The position numbers and the translations under genes were made by a program. Positions 61,190-64,000 of a stretch of 64,000 bases of DNA are shown piece by piece (position 1 is the first letter of the stretch; each line of letters begins with the position of its first letter). The DNA lies in assembly GCF_009914755.1 (NCBI RefSeq), contig NC_060926.1, one strand, 5' to 3'. This DNA comes from the human T2T-CHM13v2.0 reference genome, Homo sapiens. The notes beneath the pieces are model-generated. The model had not been told where the DNA came from and ran no database searches. It saw nothing but the letters and a program-made list of their open reading frames with translations.

Positions 61190-61740
61190 AATGCATCCAG
61201 TCACTTAGTCAACCATATTTACTGAGCACAGATTATAAGTGAAGTACTGTTAGACCTTAGTAGATCACAGATGAACATGACATAGATTATGCCTTAAGTC
61301 ATTTCAGTGCAGTATGTTACACATAAGAGATGCACACAACATGTGCTTTGGGGCATACATAGAAATAGAACCTCGAGTTATAGAGATTGGCAAAGGTTTT
61401 TTAAAGGAAGAGGTCATGAAGTTGAACCTTAAAAGAGAAGAATGTCCCGGTATAAATGGGAGGAAGTGAAGGAATCCAAGGAAAGAGCATGGGATAGATC
61501 TGGGAAGCACAGAGTAACATATTTGGATTTGAGTGAAGGAATATATAGAGAATAGTGGGATATGATAGTAGAAAGTTGCATTGGAGTTAATCTTTCCTGG
61601 ACAACTCAAAAATTAAGCTGAGGAATCTGATGGTAATTTTGTAGGCAGTGGGGATCCAGTTAAGATTTTTAACAAAGAATATGACATGATGAGAGCTGTT
61701 CTTCTGGGAAGATAAATGTGGCAGCCATTCATCAGATGAA
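61190..61740. mobile_element. L2 3' fragment
   Basis: gtcaaccatatttactgagcac...aggcagtggggatccagttaagattttt...tgacatgatgagagctg. Confidence 0.6.
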
Positions 61741-64000
61741 CCCACATAAAAATACTATAGATCCCCCTGTTGTCTTTTATAGACTTCTACCTTAAAACAA
61801 ACTCCAAGAGTTTCCTTGTTATTTAACATTATGTGTCCCCTTTCCATATATGCTTTGACTCGTTTCTATGTGCTGATCTCTGCATTTGCCACAAAACACA
61901 GGCTACAGTGTCGGAGCTTTCAGAAATGAGCCAGTGCTACCTTGAGGAAGACCAGAGTCATGCCCAATAACCTTCATGCTAAAAACAGCCTAGACATCAC
62001 TTTAAGAGCCAGAAGTCTATATTTAGATTCAAATCCCTTGATCAAAATGATAAGCTTAGAGAAGCAAGACATCTGAAGGAGAAAGAATAATTACCATACT
62101 GGGTACTGGCCTACTGGGGATTATAATTTCCACTTTATAATAATGCAATTGATGATCAAAGATGTTAGAGGTTAACTTGCTGAAAACCACAAGGCTGACA
62201 TAATGCTTGGCAAAATTTGGACCCAGAAGGAGAAAACAGAAGAAAGAAAATAATGAAACACATAATTTTCTCTTTGCTGAATAAAAGACCGTAGGCATGA
62301 GATTAAATGAGCCTATTAAGTACAGAGCAGAAATAGTTATTTTTTAAAGACAATTTTTTAACATATTTTAATGAACTATCATAATAGCAACAATAAGAGA
62401 AAAACTGCACAGTTTCCAGAGAGAAAGTTAAAAACCAACAACGAATCAAAACAAAAAAGTCTTATTTAAATAACAAGAAATCAGACTGGCAAAAAAACTT
62501 TCATTTGCAAAACTGGATGACAGATGACAATGGATCAATGTCTTCAAAGTTGACTTTAGAATTCTATACACAAGCAAGTGATTAAGCAAGAGTAGGGGTC
62601 AAGTGAAGACATCCTTAAATACAGAGCCCCTCAGTAATCAACATCCTTTATGTCTCAGGCACTGTGCTGGATGTTCATTATCTAAGGTGAATTACTTTGT
62701 TCAAGATAGTTCCTCTGCCTAAGGAAGTTGTCTTTCAGTTAATAATTTGTTTTAAAATGCAGTTTATTGGAACAATGTAGCCCCTAAACATGCTGAACCC
62801 CCATGTCTCTACAGTCATTGTCTTCTTTAATGTAGGAATTGTCTTTAATAATGTCATATTGCTTATATCTACCAATTTTCATACTACATACTAACAAATA
62901 ATATTACTGCCAATAAGGAAAGGAAGGAAGGAGGGAGTCAGGCCATCAATTACTTTAAACTCCAATAAAGAATTTAAGGCAAAGATCTTCACCCATTTTT
63001 ATTTTTTCCAATGCAAGATCTGCTAGGCTTACTAATCGAAAACTGACATTTAGGATTATCTCCCCAAGAATTTTGTCATTCTTGATATCAAAACCAACGG
63101 GAAAGAAAAGTGCACTGGACATAAAGCTTTTCTCACAGAAGTAAAACATCACATGAAAGACGGGGTGAAATGGCGTCACTGTGGTCCACATTAAAAGGAG
63201 GTGAGCACTGGAAGGATCTTTTCAAAGGCAGTGTTTGCCATGATAATTTCTGAAATAAACATGTGGTTCTAAAGGACTGCATTCCTTCAGGACTTCCCAA
63301 CTACCCTTTCCTATCTTTCCACATTGGAAGCATGGTGGTCATCAAAACATTTCTCAAGCTAAATGAGATAATCAACTTCTTGTCAACTGTTAACAGATAA
63401 ATGTGTTTCCAATCTTCTAAAACTCTCTATAGGAAACAGGATTTAAACCTAGAACTCCTCTTTAAAATATTATGTCACATGAAAACCTTTTTATTATTTA
63501 AATGATTCATTTGATGGTTTCATAAAGATAAGAAAACTAACAATATTGCCCAGCCAAGGGTGGGAAAGAAATGCAGAAATGTTGCCAATGTACCTCATCT
63601 TAACAGCAGCAGCCTTATGTTCTCTCATTAGACTCTCCTGAGCAGATTGAGTAGAACAACTGAATTAAATAAGGGCCAAAGAATTTCTCTACTTAAATCA
63701 ACGGACCATCTGGTAGGCTATGCTGTTTCTGCCAGTGGTCACAGCAGAAACATCGAGAAAGCAAATGTGGACATCATTATAGAGTCATACGTAGGTGGAG
63801 AGAGAAAAGTACTCTTAACCGTAACTATAGGAAAATATGAATTTTTTTTACCTCAAGTTCAAATATTTATGATGTGTAACTATGCAATAATTATGCTTAT
63901 TTAACAAATATGCCAGGACATATATATGCAGCAAGTGAGTGAAATCTTCAAAAGTGATTGTCTCAGAAGTTATTCAGGTAGACCTCCTTATGTTGAGCCT

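Overview
AT-rich, repeat-dense primate (human-like) genomic DNA lying inside the GRB14 gene (Grb7/10/14 adaptor family), transcribed on the minus strand. Three canonical GT-AG coding exons are present (22973-23129, 2336-2457, 326-400). They splice in frame and encode the Ras-association domain and the linker towards the PH domain. A fourth, in-frame candidate alternative first coding exon (43636-43698, MSLSARRVTLPAITPIILQKR) sits in the large upstream intron with CCAAT/GC-box motifs and a short uORF. The rest is intronic: about 19 Alus, L1/L2/MIR fragments, MaLR LTRs, DNA-transposon fossils (MER5, MER20, MER63, MER6A, MADE1, Charlie) and a 5'-inverted (twin-primed) EIF3E processed pseudogene. 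I found no convincing new biological system. The most interesting signals are the internal GRB14 exon/promoter, two twin-priming retrotransposition scars, two local templated-insertion events and a head-to-head Alu pair only 30 bp apart. Repeat subfamily names and repeat boundaries were assigned by eye and are approximate. Nearly all ORF-track entries are spurious.
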